Of a DNA stretch of 27,054 nucleotides, positions 17,927 to 27,054 are shown piece by piece (position 1 is the first letter of the stretch; each line of letters opens with the position of its first letter). The notes under the pieces were generated by a model, which saw nothing but the letters and a program-made list of their open reading frames with translations, was not told the DNA's origin and ran no database searches. The stretch lies in contig CAWJZV010000013.1 of the NCBI GenBank assembly GCA_963847445.1, positions 1 through 27,054 of the forward strand. Reading direction: 5' to 3'. This stretch comes from an uncultured delta proteobacterium. Its GTDB lineage: Bacteria; Desulfobacterota; Binatia; UBA9968. A program made the translations under genes and the position numbers.

Positions 17927-19296
17927 AGAGTAACGAAATGCGCGGGATCGTATTTCGACCGCGCGGCATCGGTCAATTTTTTGCAATCCTGTGATTTCGT
18001 TTCGATGCGCGAAGGCGTAGCGCTAGCGCCTTGGCAACGTCATCCATGTGGCCGTTTAAATACTTCCGCGCCGGCACGGCCAGGCGCACGAGCTCGACGC
18101 CCCGCGCCACCTGGCTCGGCGCCGGCGGCGGCCCTTTGGATATGCGAATGCCGCTCTTTTGGTAAAGGAACGCCGCCAAAGCTTCGGCGGCGAATGGCTC
18201 AGGTGCGCTCGGTGAAAAAAACTTCTTGAGATCGATAAACACGCCATGACCGCTCGCCGGCCGCACAACCGGCACGATGTCGGCGAGTTTGTCCCAGAGA
18301 TATTTCACCTGTTCGACTCGCTGTGTCATGTAAGCTTCGCTGGCGAAGATTTCCGGCAAAGCCGCGGCGATCGCATCCATGGCGCCGGCCGAGAGCTGGA
18401 CGCCGTCGAGGAAACTCTGCATCGCCGCCTTCTGCTGGCTCCCCCGGTCGCGGGTAAAGATAAAACCACCGGTTCCGACGAGGAAATCTTTGAGCGCACT
18501 CATCGTGGCGCCGTCGGCCAAGGCGCAAGTTTCCCGGACAATCTCGGCGAGTGACCACTGCCGATACGGCGCTTCCCTCATTTTTATCAGGGCACTGTTC
18601 TCAAGGATGCGGCAGGCGTCGAGAAAGAGTGGAATCTTGTGACTGGCGGCGAGCGCTTTGACGGCGCTCAGATTGCCCAGCGACACCGGGTGGCCGCCGC
18701 AGGAGTTGACGCTAAGCTCGACGTAAATGCAGCTAATCTGCCCGGCACCCTTCTCCTGAACCAACTTTTCGAGCTTATCGAGATCGATATTGCCCTTGAA
18801 CGGGTCGTCGCTAGCGAAATCATGGGCGGCCTCGCCGATCACGTCGACAATCTGCGCTCCGGCCATTTCGATATGGCTGCGCGTCGACGGAAACAGCAGG
18901 TTGCCGGCGACGACGCTACCAGGCTTGACATGGATCTTGATCCAGATCCGCTCCGCCGAGCGTCCCTGGGTCGTCGGCACGAAATAGTCGAATCCGAAAT
19001 AGCGCTGGAGTTGCCGCGGCGAGCCGGCCGTAGGCGCCACTTCCCTCGGACGCCAACCCCATGCCGGGCTCGACGGAGTTTGCCGCCGCCGCCGCAAGTT
19101 GTCCGGTGCTGCTAGCGCTGACGCCGCTATCGGTCGACAAGTCGATGTAAATGAGCTCTTGGGGAATGATGTCGGTGTTGTAGTGCGCTTTGGCCAGTGC
19201 GGCTTGCCGCTCTGGCTCGGTGGTCTGGCGCAGCGGCCGCACCACCGCCATCTCGTAAGGCACCGAAAACGTCACACCCTTCGCTGCACCATCCAT
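17923..19296 (-). CDS. Tryptophanase/tyrosine phenol-lyase-like PLP enzyme, divergent (frameshifts)
   Basis: IDLSTDSG, PTTQGRSAE, FKGNIDLDKL, NSCGGHPVS, DACRILEN, MSALKD, GHGVFID, ELVRLAVP..Y...HMD; ends ...YDPAHFVTL* overlapping the next ATG. Confidence 0.85.
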
Positions 19297-19407
19297 TGTT
19301 AGCCACTTCGCGGTAAAACTCCGCCTTTACGTAACATGAAATCGGCGCGCTGAATATAAAATAATTGGGGGTAAACCGATCCGCCGAGCGATCCGTTTGA
19401 GTGGCAG

Positions 19408-20219
19408 TTACGAGCCGCTCTTCGGCGGCCGGCGCCGGCGGCTCAGCCGGGCGCACCGTCAGCATGGTCATGGCGCGATGCACCATCTTGCGCTCGGTGG
19501 CGAATTTGAGCTGCTTCATCGCCTGGTCAATCGGCGAACCAACGGGCATCGTCCGACTCATGATCGTGGTCGCGCACATCGCCGCGCACATAGCGCATCA
19601 GATAAAAATGCACCCGCTTGTAAATGCGGATCGCCTCGCTTTCTTTGGTTTTGTCGCGATAAGAATAACGAATATCGCCGAGCTTGCGCACCAGCTTGCC
19701 TTCCAGACCGGTCTCTTCGCGCACCTCGCGCAGCGCCGTCTCCTCGACCCGCTCGCCTTCCTCGACATGCCCCTTGGGCAGACCCCAACGGTTGCGCACA
19801 TGAATCAGCGCCACCTCGAATAGCTCGCCGCTGCGCCGGTAGATCACCCCGCCGGCAGAAACCTCCCTGACCGTGCGGATGTTTTCATCCTGCGGCGGTT
19901 TCGCCAACGCCTGCTCGCGCAGCCAGGTGAGGTAGTCAGCGCTACCCTCGATGATCGGCAAGGCGATGATCTCGGGAACCGAATAGCTGTGCAGCTCTTT
20001 GACGCGCTTTTCCAGCGCCGGGAAGAGCTGGCGGCGGGTTTTGATTATCAGCAGCTCTTCGTCGTTCTGCTCGACCTTGCCCTGCCAGCGGTACACCGAC
20101 TGAATCGAGCGCACCCGGTTAACGCAAGCAGCCAACTGCTCGCCGACCAAGGCTTGAGCCATGCGGTCGGCTTCTTCACCCGTGCCCACCGTGACATAAA
20201 CTACGATCAATTCTGACAT
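19408..20219 (-). CDS. cutA: CutA divalent-cation tolerance domain fused to a NUDIX hydrolase (3' end approximate, frameshifted)
   Basis: VVYVT..LAACVN..SVYRWQG..E.LLIIKT..HSYSVPEIIALP, continuing in frame to SAGGV..WGLPKGHVEEGERVEETALREVREETG. Confidence 0.85.
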
Positions 20220-20227
20220 TACCAGCA

Positions 20228-20257
20228 ATCTTACAACTCAGCCCGATAGGCAGTCAA
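20228..20257 (-). promoter_or_regulatory. Putative sigma70 promoter for cutA-NUDIX (nearly leaderless)
   Basis: TTGACT-18 nt-TAAGAT, ending 8 nt before ATG 20219. Confidence 0.45.
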
Positions 20258-20412
20258 TCTAGCAGAGGGCAACGAGGCTCAAGGCATGAGCCCAATTCGA
20301 TTCGCACCGCAAACTTTGTTAAATTGGCGGGTCGGTGATTGAACTGCGCCAGCTCGACTTATTGAAGCCCCTGAATAACTATGTTAGCTAAACAGGTTCG
20401 GAGAAAATTCCT

Positions 20413-20796
20413 ATGTCGGACGTAAAAATCGATTTTGCCAAGGGTAACGGCCTGGTACCGGTGATCGTGCAGGACCATGAAAGCCGCGATGTGCTGATGG
20501 TCGCTTACATGAACGAGGAAGCGTGGCAAAAAACCCAAGAAACCGGCAAAGCCCATTATTACAGCCGCTCGCGCAAGGGTCCATGGTTCAAGGGCGAGGA
20601 GTCCGGCAATTTTCAAGAAGTCAAAGACGCCTTCATCGACTGCGATACCGACACGATCTTGATTCAAGTCCACCAGGTCGGCGGCGCCGCCTGCCATGAG
20701 GGCTATAAGAGCTGTTTTTTCCGCCAGCGCACGGGCGCCGACTGGCAAGTCATTGGCGAACGCGTCTTCGATCCCAAGGAAGTTTACAAAAAGTAG
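20413..20796 (+). CDS. hisI: Phosphoribosyl-AMP cyclohydrolase
   Basis: [37 protein letters not shown]. Confidence 0.96.
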   Translation: MSDVKIDFAKGNGLVPVIVQDHESRDVLMVAYMNEEAWQKTQETGKAHYYSRSRKGPWFKGEESGNFQEVKDAFIDCDTDTILIQVHQVGGAACHEGYKSCFFRQRTGADWQVIGERVFDPKEVYKK

Positions 20797-20810
20797 ACCA
20801 AGGCTTTCCC

Positions 20811-21715
20811 ATGGCAGGCAACAAAGAACTCAAATTGGGCATCCCCAAAGGCAGTCTCGAAGGCATGACCATCGAGCTCTTCAAAAAATCCGGTTGGAAG
20901 ATTTCATCGTCCAGCAGAAGCTACTTTCCGACGATCGATGACTCGGAGATCCGTTGCAGCCTGGCGCGCCCGCAGGAGATGTCGCGCTACGTCGAGATGG
21001 GCACCCTCGACGTCGCCATCACCGGCAAGGACTGGACGATCGAAAACAACTCCGACGTCCAAGTCGTCTGCGAGATGGTTTATTCAAAAACCAGCTTTCG
21101 CCCGACCCGTTGGGTCGTGGCGGTACCGCGAGAGTCGCCGATTAAGAAAATCGAAGACCTCAAAGGCAAGCGCATTTCCACCGAGATGGTGAACTTCACC
21201 AAGCGCTATTTTGCCGAGCGCAACATTCCCGTGGAGGTCGAATTTTCCTGGGGCGCCACCGAAGCCAAAGCCGCCGAGGGACTCGTCGACGCGATCGTCG
21301 AAGTCACCGAGACCGGCACTACCATCCGCGCCGCCGGGCTGCATATCATCCATGAGCTGATGGAGTCCTGTCCGCAGCTGATCGCCAATAAGGCCGCCTG
21401 GCAGGACCCGTGGAAGCGGGCCAAGATCGAGCAGATCAAGATGCTCTTGCTCGGCGCGCTTTCCGCCGAGAACAAAGTCGGCATCAAGCTCAACGTTCCC
21501 GGAAGGCAGATCTGGAGAAGGTCATCGCGCTGATTCCGAGCATCACCGCGCCGACGGTGGCAACGCTCTACCCATCGCCCAATCTCAAAGGCGTCAAGTG
21601 GTTTTCCATCGAAAGCGTCCTCGAAGAAACCAGAGTGCGCGATCTAATTCCCGAAGCTGATCCAGAAGCCGGCGCCGTGGGAATTATCGAATATCCGCTG
21701 AATAAGATTATCTAG
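20811..21715 (+). CDS. hisG: ATP phosphoribosyltransferase, long form (frameshift near 21500)
   Basis: [32 protein letters not shown]; C-terminal regulatory domain PTV...[14 protein letters not shown]. Confidence 0.95.
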
Positions 21716-21772
21716 AAATGAAACCAGCGGTTGGCTGGCGGGTAACACTATGAAAGCTCCATCGACAGGCAG

Positions 21773-23150
21773 TTACGATTGCCCGATGGCTGCTGCCGGT
21801 TGCTTTCCCGCGGCGTTGTCCCGGTGCAGAAAGTAGTCCTTCGCGATGTCGGGAAACAGCGCGTAGGTGAGCACGTCTTCTTCGCTCTTGGCCATGCTGC
21901 CGGCGTCGGCACGGGCTTTTTCCAGGCCCGGCTTCAGTAAATCCGCCGGACGGCAGGTGATCGGCTCTTTCTTGCCGAGCACCTTTTCTTTGATCTCATC
22001 GCCGATCTTGCCCGGCGCTTCGCCGTATAGCCCCATGACATAGTTTCTCGTTTCCATGGCGACCACGGAGTAGCGTTTGCCGGTCATGACGTTGAGCGCG
22101 GCTTGCGCCCCGACCATCTGGCTGGTCGGCGTCACCAGCGGCGGATAACCTAGATCCTTGCGCACCGAGGGCATCTCGGCGAGCACCGCTTCCAGCTTGT
22201 CTTCGGCCTTTTGCTGGCGCAGCTGGGCGACCAGGTTAGAAAGCATGCCGCCGGGGATCTGCGAGATCAGCACATCGGGCTTGATTTGATTGTTTACCGG
22301 GCTTTCGAACTCACGGTAATTGGGCCGGATGCGGTAAAAATACTCGGCGATCTTGGCGAGCTTGGCGAGATCCAAACCGGTGTCATGGGGCGTGCCCATG
22401 AGTCCGGCGACCAGCTGCTCGGTGGCCGGCTGCGAGGTGCCTTGCGAGAACGGCGAAATCGCCGTATCGAGAATATCCGCGCCTGCCTCGATCGCCATCA
22501 TGTAAGTCATCTGCGCCAAACCGGCGGTGCAGTGCGAATGCAAATGCAGCGGCAGTGCGATGCGCGACTTGATTTTCTTGATGATCTCGTAGGCGGCGTA
22601 GGGCGCCAACAATCCGCCCATGTCTTTGAGGCAGATGATCTGCACGCCCATGTCGGCGAGCTTTTCCGCCACATGCAGAAAATAATCCGGCGAATGCACC
22701 GGACTGATGGTGTAACAGACCGCCGCCTTCGACCAGCTTGCCGGTTTTGAGACCGGCTTCGATGGCGGTCTTCATGTTGCGAACATCGTTCATGGCATCG
22801 AAGATGCGAAACACGTCGATGCCGTTGGCGGCCGCGCGTTGCACGAAGGCTTGGACGATATCGTCGGGATAGTTCTTGTAGCCGACCACGTTCTGGCCGC
22901 GCAAGAGCATCTGGAAACGGGTCTTAGGCATCGCCGCGCGCAGTTTGCGCAAGCGCTCCCAGGGACATTCTTTGAGATAGCGCAGCGTCGCGTCGAAGGT
23001 CGCACCGCCCCAGGTTTCCAGCGACCAGTAGCCGACGTCATCGAGCTCCGCCGCGATCGGCAGCATATCTTCGGTCGGCATGCGCGTCGCTACCAAACAT
23101 TGGTGCGCGTCGCGCAGCACCGTTTCCATGATTTCGATCTTACCCGCCAT
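21773..23150 (-). CDS. Pyruvate carboxylase subunit B / oxaloacetate decarboxylase alpha carboxyltransferase, no biotinyl domain (frameshift near 22725)
   Basis: [58 protein letters not shown]; ends without an EAMKM biotin motif. Confidence 0.92.
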
Positions 23151-23176
23151 ATGTGTTGGCTCCCTATTGGGTCATC

Positions 23177-23722
23177 TCAATCGTAGAGATCGCTCTGTTT
23201 GTCTTCCAAGCGATCCTTCTCCTTGGCGTCGATGACATACATGCCGTTGACCTGCTTCAGTTTGCTCTGGTCGTAAAAGTACTCCGACTTCGCCAAGCCC
23301 TCGTCGAACTCGTACATCTTGATGGCGTCCCAGGGGCAGATTTTCTTGTCCAGACGGTCTTCCGACTCGGTGCCGATCAGTTGCAGTTGAAAGCGTTTGG
23401 GCACGGCCTCGGGTGGGACGGGCTTGCGGTTGGCGTCGTAGAAGCGGTTGGCGTATTCGTAGAAAATCTCGCCGGTTTCTTTATGCTGCTGGACTTTGGT
23501 GAGATCGTCGCTGTAGCACATCTGGCAACCGATGCATTTGTCGTTGTCGACAAAGACACGGTAGGGCTTCAAACCGCCGCCCGGCAGCTCCTCGTAGAGC
23601 AGATTGATGCAGTCGTCCACCGGACAATGAGCTTCGCAGATCGGCGAACCCGCGCAGCTCGAACAGTTCTCGTCCATCACCGCCAATAGGGCGGTACCTT
23701 TGCGCTTTTTTGCCTCAGCCAT
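23177..23722 (-). CDS. 2x[4Fe-4S] ferredoxin-like protein with a large insertion
   Basis: CSSC-x5-CEAHCP and CIGCQMC-x59-CPWDAI. Confidence 0.8.
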   Translation of the reverse strand: MAEAKKRKGTALLAVMDENCSSCAGSPICEAHCPVDDCINLLYEELPGGGLKPYRVFVDNDKCIGCQMCYSDDLTKVQQHKETGEIFYEYANRFYDANRKPVPPEAVPKRFQLQLIGTESEDRLDKKICPWDAIKMYEFDEGLAKSEYFYDQSKLKQVNGMYVIDAKEKDRLEDKQSDLYD

Positions 23723-24564
23723 TCGCTTGCGTCCTCGCTTTCATGAACTTGCCCCTGTAATTTGCCCTTAAGCGCCCAACCGATGGCGATCAGCAATAGC
23801 ACCCACCAATAACGGATCATCACAATGCGACCCCATTCGAGCCAATAAACGAAATTTCCCGAGCGCGAAATCAAATCGCTCAAGGCGCTCTGGGCGCCGC
23901 CGTACTCCTTGGCCTCGCGCAACGCCTGCGACAGGCCGTAGAGCGCGCCTTCGTCGCGCGGATTGAGCTTGAGCGCTTGCTCGAAATCGCGCCGCGCTTC
24001 GTTCCATTTGCCGAGCTCGGCGAAAAGTACTACCACGCGTCGTCAGCGCGCCGACATTGTCGGGCTTGAGTTCCAGCGCTTTGTTTAAACTGACCACCGC
24101 GCCGTCCAAGTCGCCCTGCTTTTTTTGCGCCACCGCCAGATTGCTATGGGCTTCCGGCGAGTTGGGCCGCAGCTCGATGACTTTGCGGTACTCTTTGATC
24201 GCCGCCGCGAATATCGCCGCGGACTTCTAACTCGACATAGCCCAACAGGGTTCGCGCGTCGACATGGTCGCCGTTAATGCGCGATCGCCCGCTTGATCGA
24301 CAAGATCGCCGCCTGGGGGTCGCGCAGCCGCAATAGCGACATGCCCAGGAACAGATGCAAGTCGGCGTCATTGGGATATTGCCTGAGCAGCTCCTCGAAT
24401 GCGGCTTTAGCTTCGGCGGCTTTACCCTGGGCAAGATCCTTACGCGCCTGTTCCCAGCGTTTGTCGTTCGAAAACGGAGCGGTAAATTCGGCGGCGAGGG
24501 AGAAACTAAACGCTGAAGCGAACGCCAGGGCGGCGATCAGCAGCGCCAGCCACTTATGCGCCAT
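23715..24564 (-). CDS. Exported TPR-repeat protein with C-terminal transmembrane helix (several frameshifts; 3' end approximate)
   Basis: Signal peptide MAHKWLALLIAALAFASA; TPR-like segments (YPNDADLHLFLG, ALELKPDNVGAL, ALKLNPRDEGALYGL); hydrophobic WWVLLLIAIGW. Confidence 0.78.
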
Positions 24565-24752
24565 TTATTTCCACATTTCGTTGGGAATTTCGTCTTCTCT
24601 ACCTTCTTCGATCGAGCTTGTCGTTCTTCAAAGGCTTCCTTCATGCCAAGCCAGGTAAAGAAAACCACCAGGATCAACATCGCAACGATCGGAATATTGT
24701 CCGGCTTGGTGACGATCTCGAGAAAATTATGCAGTCCGCTCGGTTCTTCCAT
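24565..24752 (-). CDS. Small single-pass membrane protein (about 60 aa, indels)
   Basis: MEEPSGLHNFLEIVTKPDNIPIVAMLILVVFFTWLGMKEAF..NDKL..EEGREDEIPNEMWK*; TAA abuts the next ATG. Confidence 0.75.
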
Positions 24753-24788
24753 AAAAGTTAAACACCCGTATTTTAAGGATTTTAATAA

Positions 24789-24817
24789 AAAATATTAGAA
24801 ATCCCGCTGGAAGTCAA
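24789..24817 (-). promoter_or_regulatory. Putative sigma70 promoter for the 24752-21773 operon
   Basis: TTGACT-17 nt-TATTTT in an AT-rich tract. Confidence 0.45.
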
Positions 24818-24830
24818 TGTGAGTAAGAAG

Positions 24831-24912
24831 GGTCGAGGATGGAGGATCGACGATGGAGGATCGCGCCTGAACATTTTGCGCATCCTCAATCATCTATCAT
24901 CAATCCTCGACC
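24831..24912. repeat. Inverted pair of 7-bp GAGGATN tandem arrays, forming a long hairpin after eutA
   Basis: GGTCGAGGATGGAGGATCGACGATGGAGGATCGCGC ... GCGCATCCTCAATCATCTATCATCAATCCTCGACC. Confidence 0.8.
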
Positions 24913-24919
24913 GTCTTAT

Positions 24920-26505
24920 TTAATGCTGCGCATGATGGCCGCGGCCATGTTCGGTATTGCGGAAGATCAGCGACTTGATCACCACCGGCACCGCTTTGGC
25001 ATCGACGCAGCTCTTGGCCGATATCGATGAAATCGAAATCCTTCAGATCGATACCGTCGATCGAGATAATCGCCGCGCCCGGAATCAGCTCGCGCTCGAT
25101 GATATTGCCCATGAGCTTGGCGATATCGGCGTCGAAGACCAAAACCAGCGGCTGGCCGTTGTCGATATGGCCCTTCATCGCCTGGACCAAGCCCTCGGCC
25201 AAAGTGCGAATCAACGGATAGGACGGTCCCAACTCCCAGCGGATCGCCAGCGCCACCGAGCGGTCGATATCGTCGGCGTCAAAGCGCTGCAGCGCCCGCT
25301 CCACCGCCTCTTTGACCTCGGTCGCGCTGATCGATTCTTTCTGCTCGAAATGCGGCGTGACCACTTGGAGGTTACGCAACGGCAGAATCTCCGGATGAGA
25401 CAAGTAAATGGTATTGCCGCTCACCTGCACGGTGTATTGCGACGCGCCGATGACGGTGGCGCGGATGCGCACTTCGGCCGGCCGCAGCGGGATCTTGCCG
25501 CCGCCTAATTGGTTCGCCTTGGCCCGCACTTTTTTGCCGAGATAAGCGCCGAGATCGCCTAAATTGCGCTTCTCATAACCGTAGACAAACTCGGAAACAC
25601 CGCCGGAGAACATCACCGCATGGATCGGCTCCTTGAATTCGATATTGGGCGTGAGCAAGAGATTGGCCACTTCCGGCGACAGCTTGCCGCGTTCCAAGAC
25701 TTCAAATAGCGAATCGCGCGAGCTTCTCTGAGAACTTTTCCTTTTGCTCCTCGCTCATGGTGGCGCCCAGCTTGAGACCGTCGATGCCGGCCATCTTGGC
25801 GAACTTGAGCGCGGTGTCTTCGAGACGGGTGATGACGCCATTTTCATCCATGGCGATCAGCCGGGCGCCCACTTCGACGGCGCAGGTGTCGACCACCCGG
25901 CCCTCTTTGACGATGGCGATCTTGCTGGTGCCGCCGCCGATATCGACGTTCATGACCGTGAAGTCGCCGCCCTCATGATAGGTCATATGCACCGCGCCGG
26001 AACCGTAGGCGGCCAAGATCGACTCCAAGTTGTGCCCCGCCGTGGCGCAAATGAATTTCCCCGCTTCGGCGGAAAACAGCGCGGCGATCGCTTCGGCATT
26101 TTTCTTCTTGACCGCTTCGCCGGTGACGATGACCGCGCCGGTGTCGATGTCCTCGGGCGTCAACCCGGAGACCCGATAGGCTTCATGAATGAAATCGCCC
26201 AGCTTGTTGGTATCGATGGTGGTCTTGTCGACATAGGGGGTGAGCAGAATCGGCGACTCATGGATAATCTCGCGGTTGACCACGACGAATCGCGAGGACA
26301 ACGCCACGCCCTGGCGCCGCAGGGTCAATCGGGAAAAGATCAAATGGGAAGTCGACGAGCCGATATCGATGCCGACGGAGTTGAGCGTGATTCGCTCCGA
26401 CCGCCACATCGGATGGTTTTCATCCATCATCGCTTCGTCATCGTCGAACTCATCATCATGTCCTTCATGCAATCTCAATTCTTCTTCGTTCACTACATTA
26501 TCCAT
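24920..26505 (-). CDS. eutA: EutA-family reactivating factor (ASKHA ATPase; frameshifts near 25710 and 25005)
   Basis: SVGIDIGSSTSHLIFS, SPILLTP, TGAVIVTGEA, ATAGHNLE..LAAYGSG, NVDIGGGT, FSGGV, DLG, IRATVIGA, IDGIDL..FDFIDIG, VPVVIKSL. Confidence 0.9.
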
Positions 26506-27054
26506 GCGGGCTCACTAGTCCTTTCGCAAAAGCGTCATTTAAGTATCCGATTTCCATAACATATGCGGATACCCGTTGCCACTCGCCGGACCGACCGGCG
26601 GCGGTTCAGTTCGGCAAGATCCCCTCCCCTGGTTCTCTATGACGGCCGCCACAAGTCGGTCATTTCGAGCGCGGCGAGAACCCCACCACGCGCTCGGCGC
26701 GAGTTGTCCCACGTGGTCAAGCCATTCCCATTAGATCGGGCGAGCAACCTGCGCGATGTCTAAAGCTCCCTCTTCCTTCACCCGCGAACCGTGCTCAACG
26801 ATATCGAAACGCTGCGCATCGAAGAGGGTTTGCGGTCGTTCCGCGCCGCCTTAGCGAAGTCAGCTACCTCGCGCTTCGCGTGCGTCGGGGTTGGTAGTGA
26901 TGTTTACAAGTTCGATCTTTGAATCGGCAACGAGTGGGGACCCTAGCGGGCCGCGGTTCAACCGGTCAATCCGCAGACGCGGACAAGAATGTCCCACGTT
27001 GTCCAGTTCTAACGAACAGTTACTGCGTCTCGATATCAGCTCTCTCGCTTTCAA

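Noticed and set aside
17923-19296. Assigning tnaA or tpl
   Set aside because: Key active-site segments diverge and the context is atypical, so only a family-level call is given.
20811-21715. Programmed frameshifting in hisG or other genes
   Set aside because: No consistent slippery sites; indels are scattered across unrelated genes.
26563-26900. Possible decayed glycosyltransferase-like ORF (PLVLYDGR..., SLFLHP...DIE)
   Set aside because: Resemblance is weak and the frame has an internal stop; cannot be supported without a search.
26506-27054. Cobalamin riboswitch upstream of eutA
   Set aside because: No recognisable B12-box or conserved GGGAA/GCCACTG core on the minus strand.

Overview
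GC-rich bacterial chromosome segment. The gene set (amidohydrolases, NMT1-type binding proteins, Rieske oxygenase, orphan EutA) resembles soil/sediment deltaproteobacteria-like genomes such as Candidatus Binatia; this taxonomy is inference only. Many genes, including hisG, carry 1-bp indels, most likely long-read assembly errors, so CDSs were rebuilt by hand across frames. Contents in order: a partial amidohydrolase; toxin-antitoxin remnants; an aromatic-catabolism region (Rieske oxygenase, ABC binding protein, VOC protein, BNR propeller, LigB-type dioxygenase, ferredoxin); a GIY-YIG nuclease with its own promoter bracketed by two CGTC-type palindromic doublets; NFACT protein; methyltransferase; Fe-type binding protein; amidohydrolase; a stand-alone ClpX zinc-finger protein; a translationally coupled operon of a divergent tryptophanase-like PLP enzyme, an acyl-CoA ligase and two SDRs; a CutA-NUDIX fusion; hisI-hisG; a carboxyltransferase/ferredoxin/TPR/small membrane protein operon; and eutA. 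Many intergenic gaps hold palindromic or MITE-like repeats of different families. Best candidates for new biology are the GIY-YIG/palindrome cassette and the atypical PLP-lyase operon.
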